In this document: one piece after another, positions 1 to 13,608 of the stretch
How the letters are laid out: each line of letters begins with the position of its first letter
Numbering within the stretch: the stretch's first letter is position 1
Origin: Octopus sinensis
Lineage: Eukaryota
Direction: 5' to 3'
Length of the DNA: 64,000 nt
Assembly (NCBI RefSeq): GCF_006345805.1
Contig: NC_043017.1
Location: forward strand, 20,894,001 to 20,958,000
The notes under the pieces: model-generated
What the model was told of the DNA's origin: nothing
The model's database searches: none
The model's input: only the letters and a program-made list of their open reading frames with translations
Program-made: the position numbers and the translations under genes

Positions 1-276
1 TCACGTGATCATGTGACCGACCAGGCTATGAGATGTTGCTACAAATCGCTGGTCACAATGCGCTTCGCACTGTTTTAGCCTGCAGGCCAACAGAAGAAAG
101 AATGAGAGAAAGTTGTGGCGAAAGAGTACAGCAGGGATCGCCACCAACCCCTGCTGGAGCCTTGTGGAGCTTTAGGTCCTTTCGCTCAATAAACACACAC
201 AACGCCCGGTCTGGGAACAAAACCGCAATCCTCCGACCGTCAGTCCACTGCCCTAACCACTGGGCCATTGTGCCTC

Positions 277-278
<2 letters not shown>
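1..278 (-). mobile_element. tRNA-headed SINE (family T), 5' portion; runs off window
   Basis: Minus strand begins TGGAGGCACAATGGCCCAGTGGTTAGGGC (tRNA A-box-like); body homologous to the copy at 46790-47087 (GAGCGAAA..CCTAAAGCTCCAC, TTCGCCACAACTTTCTCTCA). Confidence 0.8.
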
Positions 279-322
<44 letters not shown>

Positions 323-356
323 AATATATAAATATATATAAATATGTATGTATGTT

Positions 357-1021
357 CTCTTATTCTTTTACTTGTTTCAGTCATTTTGACTGTGGCCATG
401 CTGGAGCACCACCTTAGTTGTAGAAATCAACCCCAGACTTATTGTGGGAACATAAACACACCAGCATCAATTGTCAAACGATGGTGAAGTGTGTGTGAGG
501 GGAGAGTGCCTCACTAAAAACAAGAAGATGTGATTTTAAACAATTTTTTTTTTTTTGTCCATCTCATTTCACACATTAGGTTTTTCAATGTTTCAGTCGA
601 GGAAGCTGGTACATTAAACGGTAAAAAATACAGTTTGAATTACAGGCTGTACTGAACTGGCAGGTTAATGAACCCTGAATATATTGCTTTAAAATATTAA
701 TTACTTGTAACAAATAAGCACTATATAATAATGTGGATTTTGTAATAGTGTGCGGGGGGGACACATTTTTGTGGCTTGCTCCAGGCATGGTTTAACCTAG
801 CTATGCCACTGGGACAAACACAGACATATATGCATACATACAAAAATAAATATATATATATACAACAGGCTTCATTTCAGTTTCCATCTACCAAATCCAT
901 TCACAAGGCTTTGGTTGACCCAAAGCTATAGTAGAAGATACTTGCTCAAGGTGCCATGCAGTAGGACTGAACCCGGAACCATATGGATGGGAAGTAAGCT
1001 TCTTACTACACAGCTACGCCT
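357..1021 (-). mobile_element. SINE family A copy, split by an insertion at ~488-811
   Basis: 3' tail (TTTTACTTGTTTCAGTCATTT..ATGCTGGAGCACC) at 357-487 and head/body at 812-1021 match intact copies at 9991, 27786, 34731 and 46090. Confidence 0.85.
488..811. mobile_element. truncated DNA-transposon (hAT-like) fragment inside SINE A
   Basis: Ends GCTATGCCACTG (reverse complement CAGTGGCATAGC, a hAT-type terminus) and interrupts a SINE; the other end is not recognisable. Confidence 0.45.
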
Positions 1022-1143
1022 GACATATACATATATATATGTGTATATATATATCATCATTTAACATCTCTTTTTGCATGCTGGCATGGGTTGGATGGGT
1101 CTACATGAACAGATGTACCAGCGAGTAGTGCCAAGCTCTAATG

Positions 1144-1415
1144 CAGTGGCTCCCAAACTTTTTCAGGCTGCTGCCCCCTTGGCACCTGGCCAGATTCTTA
1201 GTGTCCCTCCCCACACACACTCACCACCACAAACATAAACCACTTTCTGCAGCAAATTCAAGACAACTGTATTTCACAAATAAAACTTAACCCCTAATGA
1301 ACCCATTATTTTGTTGTTTTTACACCCATTGTCCCCTTTTGACCACCCCATTATGAACTCCACTTTTCTTCAACGCCCTGCCCCCACCTCATGGATCTTT
1401 CCACTGCCCCCAGTG
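1144..1415. mobile_element. hAT/Charlie-like MITE fragment
   Basis: Starts CAGTGGCTCCCAAACTTTTT, a typical hAT MITE terminus, and interrupts the family C copy; right TIR not found. Confidence 0.5.
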
Positions 1416-1475
1416 GTATGATTCCTACAGCTGGATGCCCTTCTTAACACCAACCATTTCATGGAGAGAACCAGG

Positions 1476-2114
1476 CAGAGCTAGATTAACCATTAAGCAA
1501 AATAAGCATGTGCTTAGGGCAGTGCTTCTCAAAACATTTTGCTGGAGCAGAACCCCAAGGAAACATTCCACCGGCTCGAGGAACCCCTGTGCAATAATTT
1601 AATAGTCTTATGCACACATATCTGCACAGGAGAATTAAAAATTACTGCCGATTTTAGCAGTTTTGTAACTTCTTGCGGAACCCCTGGACTGTACTGGCGG
1701 AACCCTGGTTGAAAACCACTGGCTTAGGGCATCAAAGGAAGGAGTGGGGGCACCACAGAAATGGTAAATGGCTTACGGCACAAAAGAAATTACTTTAAAC
1801 TTGCTAAAATAATATTTGGGATGCCTTTATCTCTACTAAGTATAGATACAGGTGTGTTACCTAAGATTAATTTTGAGGGTCTGATCAAAGACTTTGCAAT
1901 TCAAAAATGAAAGAGAAAACTTTGCAAATATAAATAAAGTGGAAGTATACAAAAATAATCATTATTTTCCCTCTTCCTGTTTTTGTTTCATTTTGGAAAA
2001 TAAAAATTTATTTTATGGTTTGTTATTGTTTCTATTTTGAATTACATAATCGTTTAGGCAGGCACCAAAATCTTTTAAGTGCTTAAAACCTGAATGGGTC
2101 TTAATCCGGCCCTG
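1476..2114 (+). mobile_element. non-autonomous hAT (Tip100-like) element with transposase C-terminal remnant
   Basis: TIRs CAGAGCTAGATTAA / TTAATCCGGCCCTG; perfect 8-bp TSD GAACCAGG at 1468-1475 and 2115-2122; internal LSLLSIDTGVLPKINFEGLIKDFAIQK resembles the end of the hAT dimerisation domain. Confidence 0.9.
1520..1721. mobile_element. 202-bp hAT MITE nested in the Tip100-like element
   Basis: TIRs CAGTGCTTCTCAA / TTGAAAACCACTG; perfect 8-bp TSD GCTTAGGG at 1512-1519 and 1722-1729. Confidence 0.92.
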
Positions 2115-2915
2115 GAACCAGGTGCTTTTGTTCTTTGCGTGACACCAGCATTAGTGGGGTCACCAAGCAGCAGCTAGACAAGACCACTTAACTGAGTAAG
2201 CCCTAGAATCGAGGGATGATGAACTAACAGAGAGGGACAGTAGGAGGTATCATGCTGAAGTGGTGAATGCATAGCTTGGAAACAGAGATGAATATCATAC
2301 ACACACACAAACACACACACACACATGCGTGACTTTGTGTGTGTGTGCCTGTGTGTGGTTACAACACTACTGAATATTAAGTTACATCACATGGTATTGT
2401 TGTTACACTGTAGCAACAAATTAACAGACTTTATCTACAGTTACAGCCTCAATGCTTTTCTGGTATGTATATAATATTTAAGGGCACTAAAGTCACTCCC
2501 TATCCGACTCCATAGAAAGACCCCTAATATATAAGCATGGCATGGATATCACACAGCACTTGTTATATTTCTAGGGATTATTAGAATCACCTTAAGGTTT
2601 CTTCATGCAAATTATAAATCTGGTATTAACATAAGAAATCAATAATTATTTTCATGGATTAATCTGTAACTTTCCCCTTTATTTATAAATTAAAAGGTCA
2701 CTTTAATGGTGTGTGTGTGTGTCGGTGTGTGTGAAGGTGTTACTGATTGGAAAATGGGGGAGGAAGAATAACAGGTTTTTATGCTTATAATCTTAAAATA
2801 AAATAAGAGGATTTTGTTCATCGGAATAGGAATGAAGTGAAAACTATATCTTACTAAAACAACAGAAAAACTGAAAATTCTGTATTGTCTTCAAATGTTC
2901 AAATATTTAAATATA

Positions 2916-3023
2916 AGTGTGTGTATGTGAGTATATATATACATATATATATGCACAAATGTCTTTATGTGATTATGACATTTCTATAGATAAATGTATG
3001 AAGATGCTAATGTCATGCATATA

Positions 3024-3073
<50 letters not shown>

Positions 3074-3110
3074 GATATGTATATATATATATATGTACAT
3101 ATAAGCATGC

Positions 3111-3146
<36 letters not shown>

Positions 3147-3774
3147 ACATACATTTACCTACACATACATGTGTAGGTATATGTGTGTATGTCTACCTGT
3201 ATATATGTGTACATATATATGTTTGTGTTTATTTATGAATGCACACATGGCATACATGTAGACAAATCATGACATTATATAAATACCTGTTTGTACAAGA
3301 ACATTTTACACACATGCACTCATACATGTGTGTATATATATATATATGCATACACATATATATATACATGTGTGTGTGTATATACCCACACACACACCTG
3401 TATATAGGTACATAAATACATACATGTATATATACATACATGCATATATATGTACATACATACACTCATATGCACATACATACACGCATATGCACACATA
3501 TATAATACATGATATATATATATACATATATGCATTACATGCACACACACACACAAACCTTCACACAAAAACACAAACACAAAACCCACAAAACTACTAC
3601 TAACAAGTGCCACATTCTCACAAGCAGAGACATCAGATTAATGCATGTAGACATATAATAATACGCATATACCATGTACGAGCCATGGAGCATTCAGCTG
3701 TAAAAGACATACATACATGTACAGCTATATGCAGTCATATAGATACATACATTTACATAGACATGAATGCATAC

Positions 3775-3815
<41 letters not shown>

Positions 3816-3941
3816 CACATGTTAACAATGATAACCATGGAGAGTTTAACTGTAGAATACCTACATACATCCCTGTATATATGTATACATGTTTATATAA
3901 ACATGTATATATACATACATTTATATATATATATATAGTTA

Positions 3942-3975
<34 letters not shown>

Positions 3976-4133
3976 AATGTATGTATATATATAGTTATAA
4001 TTATATATATATATATATATATATAAATGTATGTATATATATAGTTATATATATATATATATATATATAAATGTATGTATATATATAGTTATATATATAT
4101 ATATATATATATTAAATGTATGTATATATATAG

Positions 4134-4177
<44 letters not shown>

Positions 4178-4440
4178 TATATATATATGTATATATATAC
4201 ATACATAAATACACACATATATACATATACATATATATACATAAATACATATATACATACATATATATACCTATATATATGCATATATATATGTATATAT
4301 ATATACACATACATATATGTACATATCTATACATATGCATATATTTACATATATATATGTAAATTTGTATATGTATATATATATATTCTCACATATATAT
4401 ATACATACATACATATATACATACATATATATGTGTTTAT
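2916..4440. repeat. compound (TA)n/(CA)n/(TACA)n microsatellite field
   Basis: Directly visible; includes a short AAATGTATGTATATATATAGTTATA unit repeated about four times at 3930-4140. Confidence 0.95.
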
Positions 4441-4604
4441 GGAATTATTAATGGTGATAGCCATGGAGTGTTCAACTGTAAATAAAATGTGAAGACCTGC
4501 ATGTATGCATGCATATTTATATATACATGTATATACATATCATATACATATGTAATGTACGTAGAGGTGTTAATGATGCTGATGATAATGATGATGGAAC
4601 TCAC

Positions 4605-4676
4605 CTCGTCTGAAGATTCTCCGACTTCGTCCGAAGATTCGGCATCCGTGGTAGAGACACTAAGTCGTCGTTTCAT
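4605..4676 (-). CDS. probable first coding exon (MKRRLSVSTTDAESSDEVGESSDE) of an unidentified gene continuing leftwards
   Basis: ATG with A at -3, 24 non-repetitive codons with a basic start and Ser/acidic content, ending exactly at a consensus GAG|GTGAGT donor (phase 0); CpG-rich. Product not recognised. Confidence 0.55.
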
Positions 4677-4679
4677 TCT

Positions 4680-5130
4680 TGTAAAAATTTTAATCGTGTT
4701 TATTCAATGTGACATAAGTACCGAGAGTTGTCAAAGCAACCAGAACAATGTAGTAGAAGTGGTAGTAGTGGTAGTAGTGGTAGTAGTAGTAATAACAACA
4801 ACAACAATAATAATAATAATAGTTATAATGTTGCTGTTTATACTAGTAAAGTGAAACTTGTTTGATAGGTAGAGCGTCTTTAGAAGTGGAAGAAAGAGAG
4901 AAGATGAAGAAGACGGCGGCAGCGATGCGCTACATGTGGATGAGGGATGCAACACACGCACACACGACAAGATAGTCCGTACCGTTTTTAGGTTGGAGTT
5001 TACGCGCGTGTGTGTGTGTGTGCACCTGTGTGTGTAGGAGGGTGTGGAGAGGTGCGTGTGTGTGTATGTGTGTCTGCGCCTGTCTGTGTCAAGTGAGTGC
5101 GCTGTAACACTTGTTAATGTGAATATCAAT
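4680..5130. promoter_or_regulatory. CpG-retaining putative promoter/5'UTR region
   Basis: Unique sequence with many CpGs (GACGGCGGCAGCGATGCG, TTTACGCGCG) immediately upstream of the candidate first exon, in an otherwise CpG-poor background. Confidence 0.4.
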
Positions 5131-5544
5131 GTTTATGTATTACGTGATGTGTGCAGTGCTGTGGAATGCCGCTGCACATGTAGGCATATGTGTGTATGGT
5201 TGTGCGTGTGCATGCATGTGTAAATGTACACATAAATGTATATATATATGTATATATATATATAATATAAATGTGCCAACACATGAAACTCAAGGCCCTT
5301 GAGCCACCCTGTAATATTCTGCCAAATAAGCATAAAAAATTATACATGTAAATATAAACATATATATATATGTATATATATATGTGTGTGTGTGTGTATG
5401 TGTGTGTGTCTACATATTTGCATGTATATGTGTAAAACGCCTACCAGAAACAATATTATTGTTTAAATAATATCAATGTTTCAATACAGGTGTGTATATT
5501 TATGTTCATGTGTGTATTTGTGTGTGTGTGCATATATGTGCATA

Positions 5545-5622
<78 letters not shown>

Positions 5623-6195
5623 ACACCTGTTAGTATGAATACCAACACCTATTAGATACCTGCATCTGAATACAGGTGTGTATGTAATGTATGTATATAT
5701 ATATATATATGTATGTATACACATACATACACACATACGTATGTATAGAGGTGTATGGCTAACAACGTTTATGTGATATCAGTGGCTAAGTACAGGTGAG
5801 TTTGATTGCATGTGCTTTGGTGTGTGTGTGTGTGTATGTTTGTGTGTGTGTACATTCATTTGTATTTACATATCTCCAAGTGTTTTTGCAATAACAATGT
5901 TTGTTGGGTAGCAGACAACACCAACACCAACACCAACACCAACACCACCACCACCACAAACCACCACCATCACCATCACCACCACCACCACCACCAACTG
6001 CAACAATCACATCAGTGACAACATTTAACTAAAAATGCTGACGACCACAACAGGTAAAATATATTTTGTTACTCTTTTCCAAGAACGTACCAAATTTGGC
6101 AGCAACACATGGGAAACTAGCAGTTTCCTCCAGCCCGTATCATGGCCCTGCAGAAACAACTAAGGAACCAAAAGTACACACACACACACTGAGCA

Positions 6196-6231
<36 letters not shown>

Positions 6232-6374
6232 AATTATATATAAATATTATATCTAATTTATTATATAATATATATATATGATATATGTGTATATATATTT
6301 TATATCTTTTATGTGTGGGTGTGTACATGTGTCTGTATCTGTGTATACAAACATACATACATATACATATTTAT

Positions 6375-6406
<32 letters not shown>

Positions 6407-8510
6407 TTAAATCAATAAATTTTCCACAAACCACTTCTTACAGTCTGTTTAAAAACAACATATTTGATAATCCTAATTCGATGATCTTAATTACACAATG
6501 TCTGCAGGAAAGACAGGACAGTCAAGGCTGGAGTGTCATTTATCCATAGGTCTGCCTGATCCAAGTTCAATCTGGGGTTAATCAACAACAACAACGACGA
6601 CAACAGCATCGACGATGACCAGTCACCATAACAACAAAATAATATTCCTAAACTAGAGAAAAATACAGAAACACGTCTAGAATGAGAATAACAACAACAA
6701 CTACACCACAATTTTCCTTGTTACTATCATCACCACCACCACCACTACAACCAGCAATAAGAACAACAACAACAATAACAATATCACTTGTGAATAGTTG
6801 AATGGAAGAATAAAAGAACGGCAGAATGAAAGAATGTATGAATGCGAAAGTGGAGAGAGGAATTCCGAGTGACAAGTGGTTGTAATTATTAACAAGTTCC
6901 CTCGTTAACTGGACAAGATAACGAAGATGGAAACGCGTCTATTCTTCGAAACATCCTTTCTACCGGTGTGTTGAGTTTCTATTACGTGCATTCGTATGTG
7001 CTGTGCTGTGTGTGTATGTGTGCGTGTGTGTGTTTGCGTTGGTGTTTGTGTGTGTGCATAGTGTGAGCGTGTATGCGCATTTGCGCATGTGAGGAATGAT
7101 GTAGACAGGTGTGTGTGTGTGTGTGTGTGAAGACTGGGTTGGGCAGATGAAACTGGATTAATGATATGATAGGTGGTCACTTAAGCTAGTGGTCAGTCAG
7201 CTTAATGGTCAGTTTAGATGAAAAAAAAAATCAGGTGAAGCATTTTATGCTTTTTTTTGATTTTTAATTTCTAAAACATTTTTTTTTTTTTTTCACATTT
7301 TAATTTTTACGTAGTTATTTCATCGGAAGAACACAGGTGAGTAAAAACAACAGAAACAAAAAAACAATAATAATGACAATGATATCCAATATGAATAAAT
7401 AATATTTAGTCTTTCGCCCTTCTGAGGTGGTGAGACAGTGATGGTGGTAGTGGTGGTGGTGGTGTTGAGGGGGTGGTGATGATAAAGGAACAGTCAAATT
7501 TTGGTAGGGATCAAGGGTTAGGGTCATTTTAATATTCCAGTAATGTGGTGGTGGGTGTGTGTGGAAATCTAAGAGAAAAATTAAGACCAAACTGACAACA
7601 ACCATGACCACCACCCACGCCACAACTACTTTCACAATGATGGCAACAACAACAATGGCGACTATAATGATGATGATGTTGATGTTGAGGATGATGACGA
7701 TGAAAGGGATGGGGAAGAAGAGGATAATAATGATGCTGCTGCTGCTGATGGTGATGATGAGGAGGAGGATATCAACCTTGACAACAGTGAGCAATGACAA
7801 CAATTTTAGTTTGTCAGAATCGACGACATCACAGACGTTGAGAACAACAACAACAACAGGAATGATAACAATGACAACAACAATAACAATAACAACAACA
7901 ATAATAATACTATAATGAACGACCGCAACAAGGACAACAACTATTTCAAAACTGCACTAACGAAGCTAGCTATTAAAATTTATCCGATGACACACGTGAG
8001 ATTTCTTTAAGCATGCCGCATCGTGTCAGCTTCCTGTTGTTGTTTAATAACAACGTCACCTCCTGTCACCCACGACCGTTCCGCCACGACCACCACCACT
8101 GCTGCTGCCAAAACGGTGTCGGTATGCACAGCGCATCCTAAGCGTAAGTATTAAAACACATGCCGAGAGACACAGGTCAACATCTTTTCTTGAAAGCGTG
8201 GTGGTAGCAGCAGTAGCAGTGTCAGCAGTAGCTTGCATAGGTACCAATAGCCTAAATAACAACAAACGGAATCGGATTCGGTAGTAACACGGCAACAGCA
8301 GCGGCAGCAGCATCAACAATGGTAACGGTAAAAGCGAGAGGAATCGGAGGAGAATGGAATTTATACTTCTGTTTTCTTGAGGTGTCTTCAACTGTCTTGA
8401 GAATATATTTATTCGACTTGGCAAGAACACTTCGAATATATAAACCCAAACGCACAGATACACACACACATCCTCAGATATTGCATATAAATAACAATCC
8501 AAGCACATGA

Positions 8511-8561
<51 letters not shown>

Positions 8562-8883
8562 CATACATATATATACATACATACATATACATACATACAT
8601 ATATATATACATACATACATACATACATATATATATACATACATATATACATAATACATATATATACATACATATATATACATATACATACATACATATA
8701 TATATATATTGTTGCTTATTTTGATTATATATATGTATATATATATATACATGTTCGTACATATTATAGTATATCGTCATTATTTTTGATATATTAAATA
8801 GTTATCTCATATCTATATAACACCAAAACTAACACTAATAATAATAATAATAATAATATAATAATAATGATAATAATAATAAC

Positions 8884-8933
<50 letters not shown>

Positions 8934-9059
8934 TGATGATAATAATAATAATGATAATAATGATTTCATGTATTTGCCACAAAGGCGAAGGATGAGGGGG
9001 ACAATACAGACAGACATAAAATGTTGGGGCTTACATATAATGAAATGACAGAAAAAAAA

Positions 9060-9360
9060 ATCTTTTCTACTTTAGGCACAAAGCCTGAATTCTTAGGGGA
9101 CAGGGAATGTCAATTGCAACACTAATAATAATAATGAGATGATGATGATAATAATAATCCTTTCTACTATAGGCACAAAGCCTGAAATTTGTGGGGAGGG
9201 GACTAGTCAATTACATCAACCCCAGTGCATGACTGGTACTTAATTTATTGACACTGATAAATAATAATAATAATAATAATAATGATGGCTTCATTTATTT
9301 ACCACCGGGGCAGCTGAGGGGGACAATACAAAGACAGATACAATAAGAGTTGTTGTTGTT

Positions 9361-9391
<31 letters not shown>

Positions 9392-9870
9392 TTATTATTA
9401 TTATTTTTATTATTATAATTATTATTACTAAGGCAACGAGTTGGCAGAGTTGTTAGCACACTGGGTGAAATACTTAGTGGCATTTTGTCTGCCTTTATGT
9501 TTTGAGTTCAAATTCCGCCGAGGTTGACTTTGCCTTTCATCCTTTCGGTGTCACTGAAATAAGTGCCATTTGAACACTGGGGTCAATTGAATCAACTAGC
9601 CCACTCTTCCAAATTCCAGGCCTTATGCTTATAGTAGAAAGGATTATTATTATTATTATTATTATAAAGGTGGCAAGCAGGAAGAATCATTAGTAAGCCG
9701 GAGAAAATGCTAGTGGCAGTTTCACTGTCTTTACATTCTTTGCTCAAATTCCGCTCTGGGGTCAGTTTTGCTTTCCATTCTTTCAGGTGGAGGAAATCAG
9801 TCCAAGATGATCACTGGGGTCGATATAATCGACTAGCCCCTTCCCTACAAGCTTTCAGGACTAAAGCCTA
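9060..9870. mobile_element. cluster of SINE family B copies among (AAT)n/(CTT)n tracts
   Basis: GAGTTCAAATTCCGCCGAGGTTGACTTTGCCTTTCATCCTTTCGG core at ~9505 and ~9745 (+); partial minus copies at 9060-9260. Confidence 0.85.
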
Positions 9871-9891
9871 TAATAAAAATAATAATAATTC

Positions 9892-9936
<45 letters not shown>

Positions 9937-9990
9937 AATAATAGTAAAAATTATTATTATTATTATTATTATTGCTATTATTATTATAGA

Positions 9991-10388
9991 CATAGGAGTG
10001 GCTGTGTGGTAACTTGCTTATGAACCACATGGTTTCAGGTTCAGTCCCATTGCATGGCACCTTGGGCAAGGGTCTTTTACTATAGCCTCAGGCTGACGAA
10101 AGCCTTGTAAGTGGATTCAGTAGATGGAAACTGAAAGACACCTGTCGTATATATGTGTGTGTGTGTATGTGTTTGTCTGTCTGTGTTTGTCTGCCCAATA
10201 TCGCTTGACAACTGATGCTGGTGTGTTTACATCCCCCGTCACTTAGCGGTTCAGCAAAAAAAAATGATAGAATAAGTACTATGGGTCACAATGAATAAGT
10301 TCTGGGGTCGATTTGCTCGACTAAAGGCAGTGCTTCAGCATGGCCACAGTCAAATGACTGAAACAAGTAAAAGAGTAAAAAGAGTAAG
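9991..10388 (+). mobile_element. SINE family A, full length
   Basis: GGAGTGGCTGTGTGGTAA head, GGTTCAGTCCC B-box-like motif, GGCACCTTGGGCAAG core, internal (TA/TG)n and (GAGTAAAA)n tail. Confidence 0.9.
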
Positions 10389-10600
10389 GAGTATCATTAT
10401 TAAATAGAAATGTTATAATATTACACACAATTTCCTCTCGATGCTATTTCCTTTATCAGCTGTCAACGAGAGATCATAAAGATTTGGTATCTTCCAACTG
10501 AACCATTCCCTCCTTCAGTGTCAAACTCTTAATATTTCGAAGTTATATTCTCAGGTAAATAGTAGCTGTTAAGGTAGATAGATAGGTAGATATGCAGGTA

Positions 10601-10816
10601 GGCGGTGAGCTGGCAGAAACGTTAGCACGCCAGGCGAAATGCGTAGCTGTATTTCATCTGCCGTTACGTTCTGAGTTCAAATTCCGCCGAGGTCGACTTT
10701 GCCTTTCATCCTTTCGGGGTCGAAAAATTAAGTACCAGTTACGCACTGGGGTCGATGTAATCGACTTAATCTGTTTGTCCCCTCTGTGTTTAGCCCCTTG
10801 TGGGTAGTAAAGAAAT
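10601..10816 (+). mobile_element. SINE family B, young copy with Tx1-like tail
   Basis: GGCGGTGAGCTGGCAGAA head, CpG-rich body, tail TGTGTTTAGCCCCTTGTGGGTAGTAAAGAAAT. Confidence 0.9.
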
Positions 10817-11518
10817 GGGTATGTGTGTTGTGTGAATGTTTGTGTGTGTGTGCAAACATTTAGACAAAGGATAGACAGATTGTTATGCAAACAGATATAT
10901 ATATATATATATATAATTATTATTATTTAAGTGAATAAAATCCAAACTTACAAGGAAAAAGAATTCAATTTAGAAATACTAAATCAGATTCCACACAATG
11001 TATATAAAATATTAGGAAAAAAATATTAGAAAAAAAACCCACCTTTTATCAATTCAAAATAACTAATTAAATTACACCATCTATAAAATTACATATAATA
11101 GAAAAGTAAAATTAAAATAATAAAAAGTAAAGATTAAGTAAATTACAAAAATAATAAAAATGTATAGATAGATAGATAGATATGCGGGGGTATAGGAAGG
11201 CATTGTGTCTGTGTGTCTGCATTCATATACACAAGAATAGATTATAGACAGGTGGAAAGCGTGATAGTTATACAGGCAGGTAAATAGTTTGGTAGGTGCA
11301 TGTGTATGAATGTGTACGTGGACAGACAGAAAGGGAAAAGATAAATAGGCAGACAGATAAAAAAATAAATAAATGATAAAGAAAGAAATGAAGGAAGAAA
11401 GAAGGAGAGTCTATCAATGTGTGTGTGTGGGGGGGGTTGTGATTGTAGAGAAAGAAGAGATAGACTGAAGGAAAACAGACAGATAAACAGATGCGAGAAT
11501 AACATTTAAAAATGTAAT

Positions 11519-11559
<41 letters not shown>

Positions 11560-11564
11560 TATAA

Positions 11565-11760
11565 TTCTTTCTACTGTAGGCACAAGGCCTGGAATTCAAG
11601 AGGAGGGGGATTGTCGATCCCATCGGCTCCCAGTACTTGACTGGTACTTAATTTATTGACCCCCGAAAGTATGAAAGGCAAAGTTGACCTTGGCAGAATT
11701 TGAACTCAGCTCATTAAGATGGATGAAGTGCTGCTAAGCATTTTGCCTGGCATGGTAACA
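11565..11760 (-). mobile_element. SINE family B
   Basis: Reverse complement of the family B core with an (ATT)n tail. Confidence 0.8.
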
Positions 11761-11793
11761 ATCAACCTTTGTTTAACTGGGTATAAAGGTTAG

Positions 11794-12140
11794 TGCTGGA
11801 GAAAACTTTTGTGGATTCCATGGACAGCGAGGCTCACCAATGGAGACGTTCTTAAGCAGATAAGGCTGAAAATGTCACTAGAAGCTAGGATCACCAAGTA
11901 TAGATTGGCATATTTCGGTCATATTATGTGGAGAAAATCCTTGGAGAAGGACATCATGCTCGAAATGGTCAGTGGCAAGAGAGGAAGAGGCCAACCAAGA
12001 ACCCGCTGGCTTGACACCATCAAGAGGGATACCGGAATGGACATAGCCAATCTGAAAGAAGTGGCCAGGATAGAACTGACTGGAGAACACTGATCCAACG
12101 AGTGACCGAGAGTCGATTTCGACTGAGCGGATAGAGAGAT
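11794..12140 (+). mobile_element. RTE-clade LINE 3' fragment
   Basis: CWRKLLWIPWTAR..LAYFGHIM..LEKDIMLEMVSGKRGRGQPRTRWLDTIK is the typical RTE/BovB ORF C-terminus, followed by GAGAGTCGATTTCGACTGAGCG, an RTE-like 3' end. Confidence 0.9.
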
Positions 12141-12480
12141 AGGGCCGTGGGGGTAGGATGGTAGAAACCACAGAAATGACAAGAGGTGAAGTGATGAGTG
12201 GATCAGTGAGGGGTACCTTGGTAGTGAAGTGTTAAGACTGTTGACTGTCGAGGAATAGAAACTATTGTAAAATGGCAATGGGAAAGAAAGAATGTAGAGA
12301 GAAAACCAGTGGACCAGACTTGGATGTAGAAAACCAGCTAAGTCTGAGAAACAGAGGCGGGATTATGTCTGGGAGTAATCTAATGCCAAGCAGTTAGTGG
12401 CCCTACTCTGGATGTGGTGGGAAATTTCAGTGAAACTCTCAAAGGCACTGTTCTAGATGTGAGCAAAATACTTGGTCATC
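12141..12480 (-). mobile_element. old CR1/L2-like LINE fragment
   Basis: Degenerate translation KYFAHI*NSA..HIQSRAT..LPFYNSFYSS resembles the CR1 post-RT region; weak. Confidence 0.35.
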
Positions 12481-12639
12481 TGTTTCAAATCATTTTATTA
12501 CGCAAAACAATATTCAGTCTGAATAATTTTTTTTAGAGTTTTGAACCCTTTGAGAGTCATCCCTAATTAACGAGGAACCTGTCAAACATACATCATCATT
12601 GCCATCATCATCATCACCATCATCTCTATCTAGTGTTTG

Positions 12640-12686
<47 letters not shown>

Positions 12687-12689
12687 GCA

Positions 12690-13000
12690 CTATGATGCGG
12701 CGCTGCATGCATATACAGCTGTGTGCGTGCGCACATACATGCGAGTACTGTCCAAGTCTCCGACCAATCACATACAGCTAGCTGGCATTCAATTGGCGTA
12801 TCAAGTTTGGGGCATTTTGATTGGGTTTTGGATAGAAAAGTTCACAAAAAGGTCACTTCTATTGATTTTTAATGGTGCACTACCACCCTTGGATGGTTTT
12901 GAATGACCATAGAAAGTGCAAGCCCTCTAACTGAAAAATTGTGGATTTGTATAAAGGATACACACACACACAGACAATTTGCCGTTTATATATATAGAGA
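12690..13000 (-). mobile_element. Helitron-like non-autonomous element (5' part)
   Basis: Minus strand begins A|TCTCTATATATATAAACGGCAAATTGTCTGTGTGTG, the TC start plus microsatellite pattern of non-autonomous Helitrons; 3' CTRR end not clearly found. Confidence 0.4.
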
Positions 13001-13204
13001 TATTAGTTACTGGTGAAGGCCGGTTTCTAGAGTTACCTTGGGCTTCTCACCATAAAAGGTCCTTTATAGCATATCTTCAAACCTTAAGACCTGTTGGCCC
13101 ATGTACTTCTCCAAATTTATGTTTTTCTAAAAAACAACATATATATATATATATTTCGTAAGTAGGGTTCAAATCCAAGCTATGTCTAGTTGAATCACAT
13201 CTAC

Positions 13205-13250
<46 letters not shown>

Positions 13251-13522
13251 CACAAAACTAGGAGGTGTGAGTGGTGAAAATAGATGATTACAGCTGTTTC
13301 CTAACCTGCATTATTTTGTATTGCTTATTGCAGTACGAAAAATTATACATACATGATTATGTGAAAATATATGCCGAGTGATGTCCCAGTATGGCCACGG
13401 CCTTGGGCTGGGACTATAAATAAAAAAAATATATAATTCTATATTCACAAATAAATGCAAATAAACTGATAGCCATATCTGTATGTTGAGCTTACTCAAT
13501 GATTCTCTAAATCCACATTTTA

Positions 13523-13608
<86 letters not shown>

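Larger units (their letters stand above)
1054..2190 (-). mobile_element. repeat family C (SINE/RTE-tail-like, (GAT)n tail), host of nested hAT insertions
   Basis: CATCATTTAAC..CATGCTGGCATGGGTTGGATGG..CTACAGCTGGATGCCCTT..GGTGCTTTT matches copies at 25897, 29030, 51606 and 57765. Confidence 0.7.

Noticed and set aside
2917-4492. Many YI/CV/HT-rich ORFs here and throughout the ORF track
   Set aside because: Translations of (TA)n, (CA)n, (GATA)n and trinucleotide microsatellites with no codon complexity.
6083-6173. Possible plus-strand exon NVPNLAATHGKLAVSSSPYHGPAETTKEPK
   Set aside because: Acceptor plausible but donor (GTACAC) poor; no recognisable homology.
13285-13305. Minus-strand GAAACAGCTGTA, resembling the 3' half of a hammerhead
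   Set aside because: No CUGANGA or stem II found upstream.
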